Part shown: piece by piece, positions 16,780 through 25,027 of the stretch
How the letters are laid out: each line of letters starts with the position of its first letter
Position numbering within the stretch: the stretch's first letter is position 1
DNA from: a bacterium
Lineage (GTDB): Bacteria > Sysuimicrobiota > Sysuimicrobiia > Sysuimicrobiales > Kaftiobacteriaceae
NCBI GenBank assembly: GCA_044868695.1
Contig: JBIOWP010000153.1
Location: 1-37,827 of the forward strand
Direction: 5' to 3'
DNA: 37,827 nt
Position numbers and translations under genes: made by a program
The notes under the pieces: generated by a model
What the model saw: only the letters and a program-made list of their open reading frames with translations
What the model was told of the DNA's origin: nothing
Databases searched by the model: none

Positions 16780-17882
16780 CACCGGCCGCTGATCTCGCGC
16801 GGACGCTGATGGCTGCGCTGCAGCAGAGCCGGCACTATGGGACCAATCACCCCGCCGCCCGCCAGGCCGCATCCCAGGTGCACCGCGCATTGGATGCCGG
16901 GTATCGGGGAGCGCCGGTGCGTCTAGAGGTGACTGCGCGGACAGTTTCGGTGCAGTCCGCAGCTCTGCCCACCGATGACCCTTACGCCGAGCAACTGAGG
17001 GCGCACCTGGCGGCGCGCCGGGTCGGGGTCCTGGTGTTCCACGCCGGCGCGACTGAGGAGACGGTGGCGGCGTGTATTGGGCTGCTGGCTAGAGAACCCG
17101 AGGAACTCATCGCCGCGGGTGGACTGCCGGACGCCGTGTTGGGGGCGGGTCTCGTCGGCATCACCGTGCAGTCCACAGAAGCCCGCCGGTCTGCCGCGCA
17201 CGATCCGTATGTATCGGCGGCGCAGGCGACGCTCGACGCGGCAGTGGGTATCGAGAAAAGCGAGCCGGTGAACATGCCTCGGGCACGGCAGGTTGTCGAA
17301 GGTCTGGCGGCGATGCTGGAGACCGACCAGGAGGGGCTGTGGCGTCAGGTGGCCAACCGCGGCCACGACGAGCTGGATGCCGCGCACGCCGTCAATACCT
17401 GTGTGCTGACGATGGCGGCCGGGGCCGCGCTCGGCGCGCCGCAGGGCACCCTGATCGACCTGGGGATGGCGGCGCTCCTGCACGACATCGGCCTGTTCGT
17501 CCTGCCGACGAGCGACCGCCTGCGGGAACGAACGTCCGAAGGACCCCGGCCGGAATGGCGGCACCCCTCCGAGGGTGCGTTCGTCCTCCGGCACCTCGGC
17601 GGAAAGGAGAGCCTGCCGATGATCGTCGCCGCCGAGCACCACCTGCCGGCGACGGGAGACTCGCATGTCCTCCCGGAGTCCCGCCTGGTGGCCCTGGCAG
17701 ACTACGTTGACGCGATGAGCTGCGGCCGAGTCCCGGTCATGCGGACAGCCTCGGCAGGCGCCGTTGTGGAACAGCTGCTGCGCGGGGCGGGCCCCGGGTT
17801 CGATCCGGCCCACGTACGGGTCCTGACCGGCCTGCTGGCCCGCGCCGCGGCCGCCGGGATCGAGTTCACCGCCACCGTCTAA
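16776..17882 (+). CDS. HD-GYP-like (HD-domain) phosphohydrolase, GYP loop missing
   Basis: HAVN, LLHDIG, HPSEG, EHH, SRLVALADYVDAM, FDP. ATGA overlap with the HEAT gene. Confidence 0.78.
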   Translation: MTPAADLARTLMAALQQSRHYGTNHPAARQAASQVHRALDAGYRGAPVRLEVTARTVSVQSAALPTDDPYAEQLRAHLAARRVGVLVFHAGATEETVAACIGLLAREPEELIAAGGLPDAVLGAGLVGITVQSTEARRSAAHDPYVSAAQATLDAAVGIEKSEPVNMPRARQVVEGLAAMLETDQEGLWRQVANRGHDELDAAHAVNTCVLTMAAGAALGAPQGTLIDLGMAALLHDIGLFVLPTSDRLRERTSEGPRPEWRHPSEGAFVLRHLGGKESLPMIVAAEHHLPATGDSHVLPESRLVALADYVDAMSCGRVPVMRTASAGAVVEQLLRGAGPGFDPAHVRVLTGLLARAAAAGIEFTATV

Positions 17883-17923
17883 AGGCCGGATTTCCCCCAT
17901 TTCGTGTGACTTTCGGGCACGCA

Positions 17924-17970
17924 GGCGGCCAAAACGCCCATTGAGCGGGCATTCTTCAGATGACTAGAAT
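17924..17970 (+). promoter_or_regulatory. Promoter of PilB paralog 2 with upstream pseudo-palindromic box
   Basis: Box GGCGGCCAAAACGCCCAT (17924-17941), TTGAGC (17941-17946), 18-nt spacer, TAGAAT (17965-17970). Confidence 0.55.
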
Positions 17971-17999
17971 GGGCGGGATGGGACCGGTCAGGGGGGCCC

Positions 18000-19700
18000 G
18001 TGGCCAAGGTTCACCGTAAGCGAATCGGCGATATCCTGGTAGAGACCGGGGTCGTGACACCTCAGCAGCTGACGGAGGCGCTGGCCCAACAGCGCCGGAC
18101 CCGCGAGCGCCTGGGGCGCGTCCTGGTGGACATCGGCGCGGCCACCGAGAAGCAGATTGCACAAGCTCTCGCCGCCCAGCTGGATCTGCCGCTCATCAAC
18201 CTCTCGTCGGCCCGCATCGATCCCAACGCGGTCAAACTCATTCCCGAAGTCCTCGCGCGCAAGCGCCGCGTCCTGCCCCTGCAGCTGGACGGCGGGCAGA
18301 TCGTCGTCGCCGTCGCCGATCCGCTGGACGTATTCGCCCTCGATGACGTCGGGATCGCGGCGCGGCGGCCGGTCAAACCCGTGGTCGCGGTGGAGTCGGA
18401 AGTCATGGCTGCGATCGAGCGCGCGTATGGGATGGGCGCGGCGGCGCAGGCGGTCCTCGGCGACGCCGGGGAGGAAGCCCCCGCACCCGTCGCCCTCGCG
18501 CCCGGGGCGGAAGAGGCGGACGACGCGCCGGTCGTGCGCCTCGTCAACCTGATCCTGAGCCAGGCGCTGAAGGACCGCGCCAGCGACGTGCACGTCGAGC
18601 CGGCGGAAGAGGACCTGCGTGTCCGCTACCGCATCGACGGGGTGCTGCAGACGGTGATGACACTGCCGAAAAACGTGCAGCCGGCGCTGACCTCGCGGAT
18701 AAAGGTGCTGGCGCGTCTGAACATCGCCGAGCGCCGCGTGCCGCAGGACGGCGCGTTCGAGATGACGCTGGATACGCGCCGCATCGACTTCCGCGTGTCT
18801 ACCGTCCCGACGATCTACGGGGAACGCGTCGCCGTCAGGCTGCTGGACAAGAGCAAGGGGCTGCTGACGCTAGAGGAGCTGGGCCTGGACGCGCGGACGC
18901 GGCGGCGGTTTGAAGGGCTCTTCCGCCAGCCGTTCGGGATCATTCTGGTCAGCGGCCCGACCGGGAGCGGGAAGACCACGACGCTGGTGAGCACGCTCGC
19001 GCTGCTGAACTCGGTCGACAAGAACATCATCACGGTCGAGGACCCCGTGGAGTACCAGCTTCCTGGCGTCAGCCACATCCAGGTGAACCCACGATCGGGG
19101 TTGACCTTTGCATCGGGGCTGCGATCCATCGTCAGGCAGGACCCCGACATCATCATGATCGGCGAGGTCCGCGACGTGGAGACCGCTGAGATTGCCATCC
19201 ACGCCTCACTGACCGGCCACCTCGTCCTGACCACCATCCACACCAATGATGCGCCCAGCGCATTGACCCGTTTGTCGGATATGGGCATCGAGCCGTACTT
19301 AATCGCCTCGGCGGTCATCGGCGTGGCCTCGCAGCGCCTGATCAGGCTGCTGTGCCGTGCCTGCAGACAGCCGGCGCCGATCCCCAAAGACATCGTCGCC
19401 TGGCTGCAGACCACCGTCAGAGATCCGCTCCCCGCACCCGAGTTTCACCGGCCCGTTGGCTGTGCCCAGTGCCGGCATACCGGGTATCAGGGGCGCACCG
19501 GGATCTTCGAGGTGCTGGCGATGACCGAACCGCTGCGCAAGCGGGTGCTGGCCCGGGCATCGGCGGCCGAGCTGGGCGAGGTGGCGCGCGGCGACGGGAT
19601 GATCGGCATGCGTGCGGACGGCATGCTGAAAGCGATGCAAGGCCAGACGACTGTCGAAGAAGTCCTGCGGGTGACAAGGGTGGAGGAGCCCGCGCTCTAA
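18000..19700 (+). CDS. pilB: PilB/GspE-family extension ATPase (paralog 2) with near-consensus MshEN motif
   Basis: RIGDILVETGVVT..QL..AL..Q...RLGRVLV, APVVRLVN, ASDVHVEP, GPTGSGKTTT, CRAC...CAQC, GYQGRTG. Confidence 0.9.
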   Translation: MAKVHRKRIGDILVETGVVTPQQLTEALAQQRRTRERLGRVLVDIGAATEKQIAQALAAQLDLPLINLSSARIDPNAVKLIPEVLARKRRVLPLQLDGGQIVVAVADPLDVFALDDVGIAARRPVKPVVAVESEVMAAIERAYGMGAAAQAVLGDAGEEAPAPVALAPGAEEADDAPVVRLVNLILSQALKDRASDVHVEPAEEDLRVRYRIDGVLQTVMTLPKNVQPALTSRIKVLARLNIAERRVPQDGAFEMTLDTRRIDFRVSTVPTIYGERVAVRLLDKSKGLLTLEELGLDARTRRRFEGLFRQPFGIILVSGPTGSGKTTTLVSTLALLNSVDKNIITVEDPVEYQLPGVSHIQVNPRSGLTFASGLRSIVRQDPDIIMIGEVRDVETAEIAIHASLTGHLVLTTIHTNDAPSALTRLSDMGIEPYLIASAVIGVASQRLIRLLCRACRQPAPIPKDIVAWLQTTVRDPLPAPEFHRPVGCAQCRHTGYQGRTGIFEVLAMTEPLRKRVLARASAAELGEVARGDGMIGMRADGMLKAMQGQTTVEEVLRVTRVEEPAL

Positions 19701-19703
19701 ACG

Positions 19704-19788
19704 CGTTGGACTGTTGAAGCGTTGAAACGTTGAACCGTCACAACCGGCCGGTTGTTATGTTCGCTTCAACGTTTCAACGGTCCAACGG
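19704..19788. repeat. Inverted octamer arrays (approx. CGTTGAAA) around a perfect 16-bp palindrome between convergent genes
   Basis: CGTTGGAC TGTTGAAG CGTTGAAA CGTTGAAC (19704-19735), ACAACCGGCCGGTTGT (19740-19755), GCTTCAAC GTTTCAAC GGTCCAAC (19763-19786). Confidence 0.85.
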
Positions 19789-20172
19789 CTCCACGGACTT
19801 GCGGATCGCCTCGATGATCTCCATCGCCGGCTGGTCCTTCACAAGCAGGCCCTCCAGGCCGTTTTGAATGACTTTCTCACGGTCCAGCGCCCCTGGGAAC
19901 GCGGTGAGCATGAACACCTTTACGTTCGGAAGTTCCTTGACGATCGTGCGGGCGGCGGTGTAGCCGTCCAGGTTGGTCATCCGGAAGTCGATGAGGATTA
20001 CGTCGGGCTGCAGGTCGCGCGCCCCGGTTACCGCTTCCTGGCCGTCGGCCGCCTCGCCCACAACCTCCAGGTCCGCCTGGGTCCGCAGCAGGCGCGCCAT
20101 GCGCTGGCGATAACCGGCGTTGTCGTCAACCAGCATGACGCGAATTTTTCTTCCCGTCTCTCCCGAGGGCAC
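19774..20172 (-). CDS. Stand-alone response-regulator receiver protein (NarL-like REC, no output domain)
   Basis: IRVMLVDD, VVGEAADG, PDVILID phospho-Asp, MLTA, LVKD. 132 aa. Confidence 0.88.
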   Translation of the reverse strand: MPSGETGRKIRVMLVDDNAGYRQRMARLLRTQADLEVVGEAADGQEAVTGARDLQPDVILIDFRMTNLDGYTAARTIVKELPNVKVFMLTAFPGALDREKVIQNGLEGLLVKDQPAMEIIEAIRKSVEPLDR

Positions 20173-20177
20173 ACCTA

Positions 20178-20224
20178 AGTCTAGGCGGGCTCGACGCGAT
20201 CGAACAATGGGCCGAAGGTACTAC
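20178..20224 (-). promoter_or_regulatory. Promoter of the stand-alone receiver gene with pseudo-palindromic box (probably leaderless)
   Basis: Minus strand: box GTAGTACCTTCGGCCCAT (20224-20207), TTGTTC, 18-nt spacer, TAGACT (20183-20178), then 5 nt to the GTG at 20172. Confidence 0.55.
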
Positions 20225-20239
20225 GAAAACGAGTTGACC

Positions 20240-20908
20240 TTAGTCGGCCGGAGGCACCAGTCCGCGCCGCAGCGCATAGACGGCCGCCTGGGTGCGGCTC
20301 TGGACGTGGAGCTTCTCCATGATGTTGCTGAGATGGTTCTTGACCGTGCGCTCGCTGATGGAGAGGCGGTGGGCGATCTCTTTGTTGGCGAGACCCGCGG
20401 CGACGTGCCGCAGGATCTCGAGCTCGCGCTCGGTGATGGGGAGGGGCACCGCGACGACATCCTTCGCCTCGCGCGTGCGGACGAACTCGCGCATGACTTT
20501 CGCGGCCATCGTGGGCGCCAGCAGGCCCTCGCCGCTGAACACGACCCTGATGGCGCGGATGAGCTCCTCCGGCGAGGAATCCTTCAACAGGTAGCCCATG
20601 GCACCCGACTTGATCGCCTCAAACAGGAACTCCTCGTCGGCGTGCACAGTCAGCATGATGATGCCGGTCCGGGGGCTGGCGCCCTTGATCGTCCGCGCCG
20701 CGTCGATGCCGGATTGCCCCGGCATCGCGACGTCCAGCAGCACGACGTCGGGTGCCAGCTCCTCCACCTGACGCACGGCCTGCTCGCCCGACTCCGCCTC
20801 ACCGACGACCTCGATGTCACCGGCCGCTTCGAGCAGCCGCCGCACGCCCTGGCGGAAGAGCGCGTGGTCGTCGGCCAGCAGCACGCGAATTGATCCGGAC
20901 CTACCCAC
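20240..20908 (-). CDS. NarL/LuxR-family DNA-binding response regulator
   Basis: IRVLLADDHALFRQG, PDVVLLDV, GYLLKD, LuxR HTH TERELEIL...GLANKEIA..L.ISERTVKNHLSNI. GTG 20908 overlaps the kinase stop. Confidence 0.93.
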   Translation of the reverse strand: MGRSGSIRVLLADDHALFRQGVRRLLEAAGDIEVVGEAESGEQAVRQVEELAPDVVLLDVAMPGQSGIDAARTIKGASPRTGIIMLTVHADEEFLFEAIKSGAMGYLLKDSSPEELIRAIRVVFSGEGLLAPTMAAKVMREFVRTREAKDVVAVPLPITERELEILRHVAAGLANKEIAHRLSISERTVKNHLSNIMEKLHVQSRTQAAVYALRRGLVPPAD

Positions 20909-22982
20909 GCTCTCGCCCCAGAAGAATGCGGCTGGTGACAGTGGTCCCGTGCCCGGGTGCCGTGGTAATTTCCAACCTGCCGCCGACCAGCGCGGCCCGT
21001 TCCTCCATCGAGGCGAGCCCGAGGTGCTGCGGGCTCGGCGCCTGGGAACGGAATGCGACGAGGTCAAAGCCGACGCCGTTATCCGTCACGCTCGTGGTGC
21101 AGCTGTCCTCCGTCACGTCCGCGCGGATCGTGACCGTGGTTGCTTTCGCGTGGGTACGCACATTCGTGAGCGCCTGCCGCACGATGGCCAGGATGGCGTA
21201 CCGGGCCGCCGACGCAAGACGCGCCGCGTCGCCCGTCACGACGACCGACGTGGGGATTTCCGTCCGGCGCTGAAATTCCCGTCCGAGTTCCTCCAGAGCC
21301 GACGCGAGGCCTCCTCCGACTTCGGGATCGCGCCGCAGCTCACTCATGAACTCCCGGAGCTCGCGCATGCCGCGCTCGAGCAGCGTACGCAGTTCTTTGA
21401 GGTCCGCCGCGATCTGGACGGGATTCCCCTGGGCCGCCATTGCCGACAGGTCGGTTTGCAGCAGCGCGTCGGCGAGGGTCTGCGCCAGACCGTCGTGCAT
21501 CTCCCGCGCGATGCGGCGGCGTTCTTCGACGACCCCGATGTCGGCCACGCGGTTGGCGGTCCGCGCCGTGTGGACCGCCGCGGCCACCAGCGAGGCGACC
21601 GCGTTCAACTGCCCCGAGGACGTCGCGGCCCCTCCCGTCAACCCGAGGCCGATCGCTCCGATCCTCCTGGCTTCCAGACGCAGGGGCACGCAGGCCACCG
21701 CTGGACCCGGGTTGCCGGCGTGGTTCCCGGCCATGTGCAGCCGCCCGTCGGTGCTGGCCGCCAGCAGCCCCGGCAGAAACATCAACGCCGCCTGGCCGCC
21801 GATGCCCCGGGAGGCGACGATGTCGAGCGTCCCCGTGTCCTCGCGCTCGAGCGCTAGGACGGCAAACTGCGCCCCGATCAAAGAGCGGGTCTGATCGAGC
21901 AGGACCGGCCAGAGCACCGCCGGATCGCGTAGCAGAGCCCGGCTGACGCCGATGAACCCCGCCGTCACGTCGCCCAGCATCACCGCGAAAGTCCGTTCAT
22001 GCTGGGCACGGAGCAGCATCGCGGCGATGTGCCGGGCGGTGAGTTCCGCGGTGTCCAGGTCGTCCTGCGAAAACCACGGGCGCCCAGCTGCGCGGTTCAG
22101 GTTCAGCACGCCCAGCGGCAGCCCGCCGGAGGGGACGGGGACTACGATCGAGGAGACGATTTCCTTGCGCTGGAGGGGGACCGGCGCGGAGGTGTTGGGC
22201 GTCAACAGCATCGCGCGCCCCTCCTGGGCCACCCATCCCGCGACGCCCTGGCCCAGGCGCGGCCGCACCTGCCGGTAGGTGTCGCTGAGGCGGTGGGCGG
22301 CAAAGATTTCCAGGCGGTCATCTTGTGGGTCATAGACCATCAGCGACCCACTGTCCGCCCGGAAGTGCCGGGCGATCGTGCCGAGAATGATGGCGGCTGT
22401 TTCCGCTGCCGGGGATGCCGTCGCCGTGAGCTGGTCCAGCGAGGCCAGCAGCGCCGACGCGCGGGTCCGCCGGTTCAGGCGGGTGATTCCGGCCGCCGCG
22501 GCATGGCCCGCCGCCTGTAAGGTCAGCGCGGCGACGGCCCACGCGGCATAGAGGCCCGGCGTGAACAGAGAGCCGCGCAGCGGGGGCAGCTGCAGAATGC
22601 CGATGACCCCCGCGACGGCCGCCGCGCCGGGATGTCCCATCAGCACGCCGGCGGTCGCGGCGGTCACAAACCCGAGATAGAAAAATGGCAGAGCGCGGCC
22701 CGCAATCTGCATCGCCGCCCCGATGGCGATGGTGTCCAGCACCACGCCCGCGCGCGCCGCCTGCGATGCCCGGTCGGGAAACCGCCAGACGTACAGATTC
22801 AGCGCCAGCGTGTACGCCAAGATTCCCAGGTAGAGTTCCATCGGGGGCCTGACGGGCGCGGGCGTCAGCACTTCGTAGGCGATAAGGGCGGCCAGGGCCA
22901 GCCACCGGAGGGGAAGGGCGGCGTGAGCGAACTCGAGTAGCTCGTCCCGCCGATCCCTGGGCGACGCGGCGGATTCATTCAT
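20901..22982 (-). CDS. Membrane sensor histidine kinase (TM helices, GAF domains, HisKA_3, HATPase)
   Basis: Hydrophobic N-terminus, GAF (GQGVAGWVA...VPV...GVLNL...FSQDD), EERRRIAREMHDGLAQ H-box, NVRTHA, DNGVGF, GLASMEER. Start ATG 22982 inferred. Confidence 0.9.
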   Translation of the reverse strand: MNESAASPRDRRDELLEFAHAALPLRWLALAALIAYEVLTPAPVRPPMELYLGILAYTLALNLYVWRFPDRASQAARAGVVLDTIAIGAAMQIAGRALPFFYLGFVTAATAGVLMGHPGAAAVAGVIGILQLPPLRGSLFTPGLYAAWAVAALTLQAAGHAAAAGITRLNRRTRASALLASLDQLTATASPAAETAAIILGTIARHFRADSGSLMVYDPQDDRLEIFAAHRLSDTYRQVRPRLGQGVAGWVAQEGRAMLLTPNTSAPVPLQRKEIVSSIVVPVPSGGLPLGVLNLNRAAGRPWFSQDDLDTAELTARHIAAMLLRAQHERTFAVMLGDVTAGFIGVSRALLRDPAVLWPVLLDQTRSLIGAQFAVLALEREDTGTLDIVASRGIGGQAALMFLPGLLAASTDGRLHMAGNHAGNPGPAVACVPLRLEARRIGAIGLGLTGGAATSSGQLNAVASLVAAAVHTARTANRVADIGVVEERRRIAREMHDGLAQTLADALLQTDLSAMAAQGNPVQIAADLKELRTLLERGMRELREFMSELRRDPEVGGGLASALEELGREFQRRTEIPTSVVVTGDAARLASAARYAILAIVRQALTNVRTHAKATTVTIRADVTEDSCTTSVTDNGVGFDLVAFRSQAPSPQHLGLASMEERAALVGGRLEITTAPGHGTTVTSRILLGRERG

Positions 22983-23046
22983 CGTGCACAAACTTCGTAT
23001 CATCGCGTGACAAACCCTCTGCACACAAATGTCCAACGGCGTCGAC

Positions 23047-23093
23047 CTGGTACCATTGGCCGATTGCGGGTAGAGTGGCGCCGCTGGTAGAAT
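23047..23093 (+). promoter_or_regulatory. Promoter of pilC with pseudo-palindromic box
   Basis: Box CTGGTACCATTGGCCGAT (23047-23064), TTGCGG (23064-23069), 18-nt spacer, TAGAAT (23088-23093) preceded by TGG. Confidence 0.6.
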
Positions 23094-23117
23094 TTGTCCT
23101 CTGCGAGGCGACCTGTC

Positions 23118-24332
23118 GTGACGAGATTCGTCTACCGCGCGTGGGACCAGGCCGGCCGGTTAGAAACCGGCGTTGTGGAGGCTGACAGTCCCCGCGTTGC
23201 TGCGGCGTCCCTGCAGGCCCGGGGATATCTCGTCACCGGGCTGACCGAGCAGGAACAACTCACCGGCGCGGTGACGCAGGTCCAGCGATTCTTCCGCGTA
23301 AGCCGCCGTGACCTGGTCCTTTTCACGCGGCAGCTCGCCACGATGATCTCGGCCGGCCTGCCGATCGTCTCCGCGCTGGGCGTGCTGGAGGAGCAGGCGT
23401 CGAACCGGCGCTTCCGCGCGATCATCGCCGCGGTACGCTTGGGAATCGAACGGGGCGGCACGTTGTCGGGAGAGGTCGCCAAACACCCTCAGGCCTTCTT
23501 CGAGTTCTACGTCAACACGGTGCGTTCCGGCGAGGTCAGCGGTGTCCTGGATACGTCGCTGAACTATCTAGCCGATTACCTGGAACGAGAATATGATCTC
23601 GTTCAGCGGGTGCGGACGGCCGCCACCTATCCGCTCGTGGTGCTCGCGTTCACGTTGCTGGTCGCCGGCGCCGCGGTGCTGTTCATCGTCCCGATCTTCG
23701 TGCAGGTCTTCTCGTCGTTCCGGGTCGCGCTGCCGCTGATCACGCGAGTGATGCTGGGGGTCAGCCAGAGCGTCCGCGCCTTCTGGTGGATCGGGCTGCT
23801 GGCCCTTGGCGTACTGGGCATGGCCGCGTCGGCGGCCCGGCGCACCGACGCCGGCCAGCGGGCGGTCGACCGACTCATGCTGCGCGTCCCCCTGCTCGGC
23901 CCCATGATGCTGCGTCTGTCGCTCGCGCGGTTCGGCCGGGCGATGGCGGTCGTCATCCGCAGCGGCATCCCGCTGCTCGAAGGATTGGCCGTCGTGGCCA
24001 CCGCGCTTGGCAATCGGGTGGTCGGGCGAGAATTCTCTGCCGCGCGTGAAGGCATGCGCGCCGGCCAGTCGATGGCCGAGGCGCTGCAGCGTCAACCGCT
24101 GGTGCCGCCGATGGTGGTCCAGATGGTCCGGGTAGGGGAGGAGACGGGCGCCATGGAGGAGGTGCTCAACAAGATCGCGGAGTTCTACGAGCGCGAGGTC
24201 GACAATACGGTCAAACGCTTCGCCTCGGTGGTCGAGCCCATCCTCATCGTCGGCGTCGGCGGCGTGGTCGCGTTGGTGGCGCTGGCCGTCCTGCTGCCCA
24301 TCTGGACCCTGATTGCCACTCTACCCCGGTAG
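23118..24332 (+). CDS. pilC: Type IV pilus platform protein PilC (T2SSF family)
   Basis: FVYRA...GVVEADS, FTRQLATMISAGLP, GEVSGVLD, YPLVV, MVRVGEETG, EPILIV. GTG 23118 follows GAGG. Confidence 0.92.
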   Translation: MTRFVYRAWDQAGRLETGVVEADSPRVAAASLQARGYLVTGLTEQEQLTGAVTQVQRFFRVSRRDLVLFTRQLATMISAGLPIVSALGVLEEQASNRRFRAIIAAVRLGIERGGTLSGEVAKHPQAFFEFYVNTVRSGEVSGVLDTSLNYLADYLEREYDLVQRVRTAATYPLVVLAFTLLVAGAAVLFIVPIFVQVFSSFRVALPLITRVMLGVSQSVRAFWWIGLLALGVLGMAASAARRTDAGQRAVDRLMLRVPLLGPMMLRLSLARFGRAMAVVIRSGIPLLEGLAVVATALGNRVVGREFSAAREGMRAGQSMAEALQRQPLVPPMVVQMVRVGEETGAMEEVLNKIAEFYEREVDNTVKRFASVVEPILIVGVGGVVALVALAVLLPIWTLIATLPR

Positions 24333-24390
24333 GGCTGGTAGCTCGCGTAGTCCTTTTGTCCTACGCCGGCGGGCCTAACGTCCCATTGTT

Positions 24391-24408
24391 GAGGCATGGT
24401 AATTGCAT
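24391..24408 (+). promoter_or_regulatory. Sigma54-type promoter upstream of the major pilin
   Basis: GAGGCATGGTAATTGCAT: GG(24393-4)-N10-GC(24405-6) with TTGCA. Confidence 0.6.
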
Positions 24409-24451
24409 AAGAATATGGGCGGATCACCGGCCTGGCAAGGGGGAGATGGGG

Positions 24452-24955
24452 ATGACAGGAATTCGGAAACGACTGCGGGCGGCGCGCGGCTTCACCCTTA
24501 TTGAGATCGCGATCGTGGTCGCCATCATCGGCATCCTGCTGCTGATCGCGCTGCCGCTGTTCACCGGTGCCCGCGTGCGGGCCTATGTCGCGGAAGCCCG
24601 GCAGCTCACGTCCGAGTGGAAATCGCTCGCGTGGGCGTGCCTCATCGAGAAGAACTTCCGGGAGAACCGGTGCGATACGACGACGGAGGTTGGGTGGACG
24701 TCGGCGCCGGCCAGCGACGCCTGGGATTGGCCCAGCGCCGTGATGTTCTGCGGGAACATTGCCAGCATCCCACCCACACAGGCCGCGAGTACGTGCGCCG
24801 CTGACATTACCGGGGTCACGGCCGTCGTCGGCCTGCGCGTGCCGCTGGTGGCCAGCCCGCCAACCGGGCTGACGCAGCCGTACCTGCTGGCCATCAAGAC
24901 GACGACCGGGCAGGTGCTGGAGAGCCCGGCCGACGGAAGCTCGATGACGCCGTAA
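24452..24955 (+). CDS. pilA: Type IV major pilin candidate
   Basis: Basic leader MTGIRKRLRAARG, then FTLIEIAIVVAIIGILLLIALP (G-1/F+1/E+5/P22). Four Cys, GGGGAGA RBS, own promoter and a downstream hairpin. Confidence 0.82.
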   Translation: MTGIRKRLRAARGFTLIEIAIVVAIIGILLLIALPLFTGARVRAYVAEARQLTSEWKSLAWACLIEKNFRENRCDTTTEVGWTSAPASDAWDWPSAVMFCGNIASIPPTQAASTCAADITGVTAVVGLRVPLVASPPTGLTQPYLLAIKTTTGQVLESPADGSSMTP

Positions 24956-24971
24956 TAGGACGAGATGTCGC

Positions 24972-25011
24972 GATGGCGGAGAGGCGGCGAAGCGGCCGCC
25001 TCTTCGCCGTC
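24972..25011 (+). terminator. Strong stem-loop after the major pilin (terminator or mRNA stabiliser)
   Basis: GATGGCGGAGAGGCGGC-GAAGCG-GCCGCCTCTTCGCCGTC, 17-bp stem without a U-tract. Confidence 0.55.
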
Positions 25012-25027
25012 TGGGGGGTCCGATCAG

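Noticed and set aside
17916..17930. GG-N10-GC before pilB paralog 2
   Set aside because: Lacks TTGC, and such spacing is common by chance at this GC content. A sigma70-type promoter fits better.
20909..21067. N-terminal extension of the NarL regulator in the ORF track
   Set aside because: Overlaps the kinase coding region, and the receiver domain starts just after GTG 20908.
24356..24451. Long pilin leader from the ORF track
   Set aside because: Covers the promoter elements. RBS position supports ATG 24452 (or 24446).
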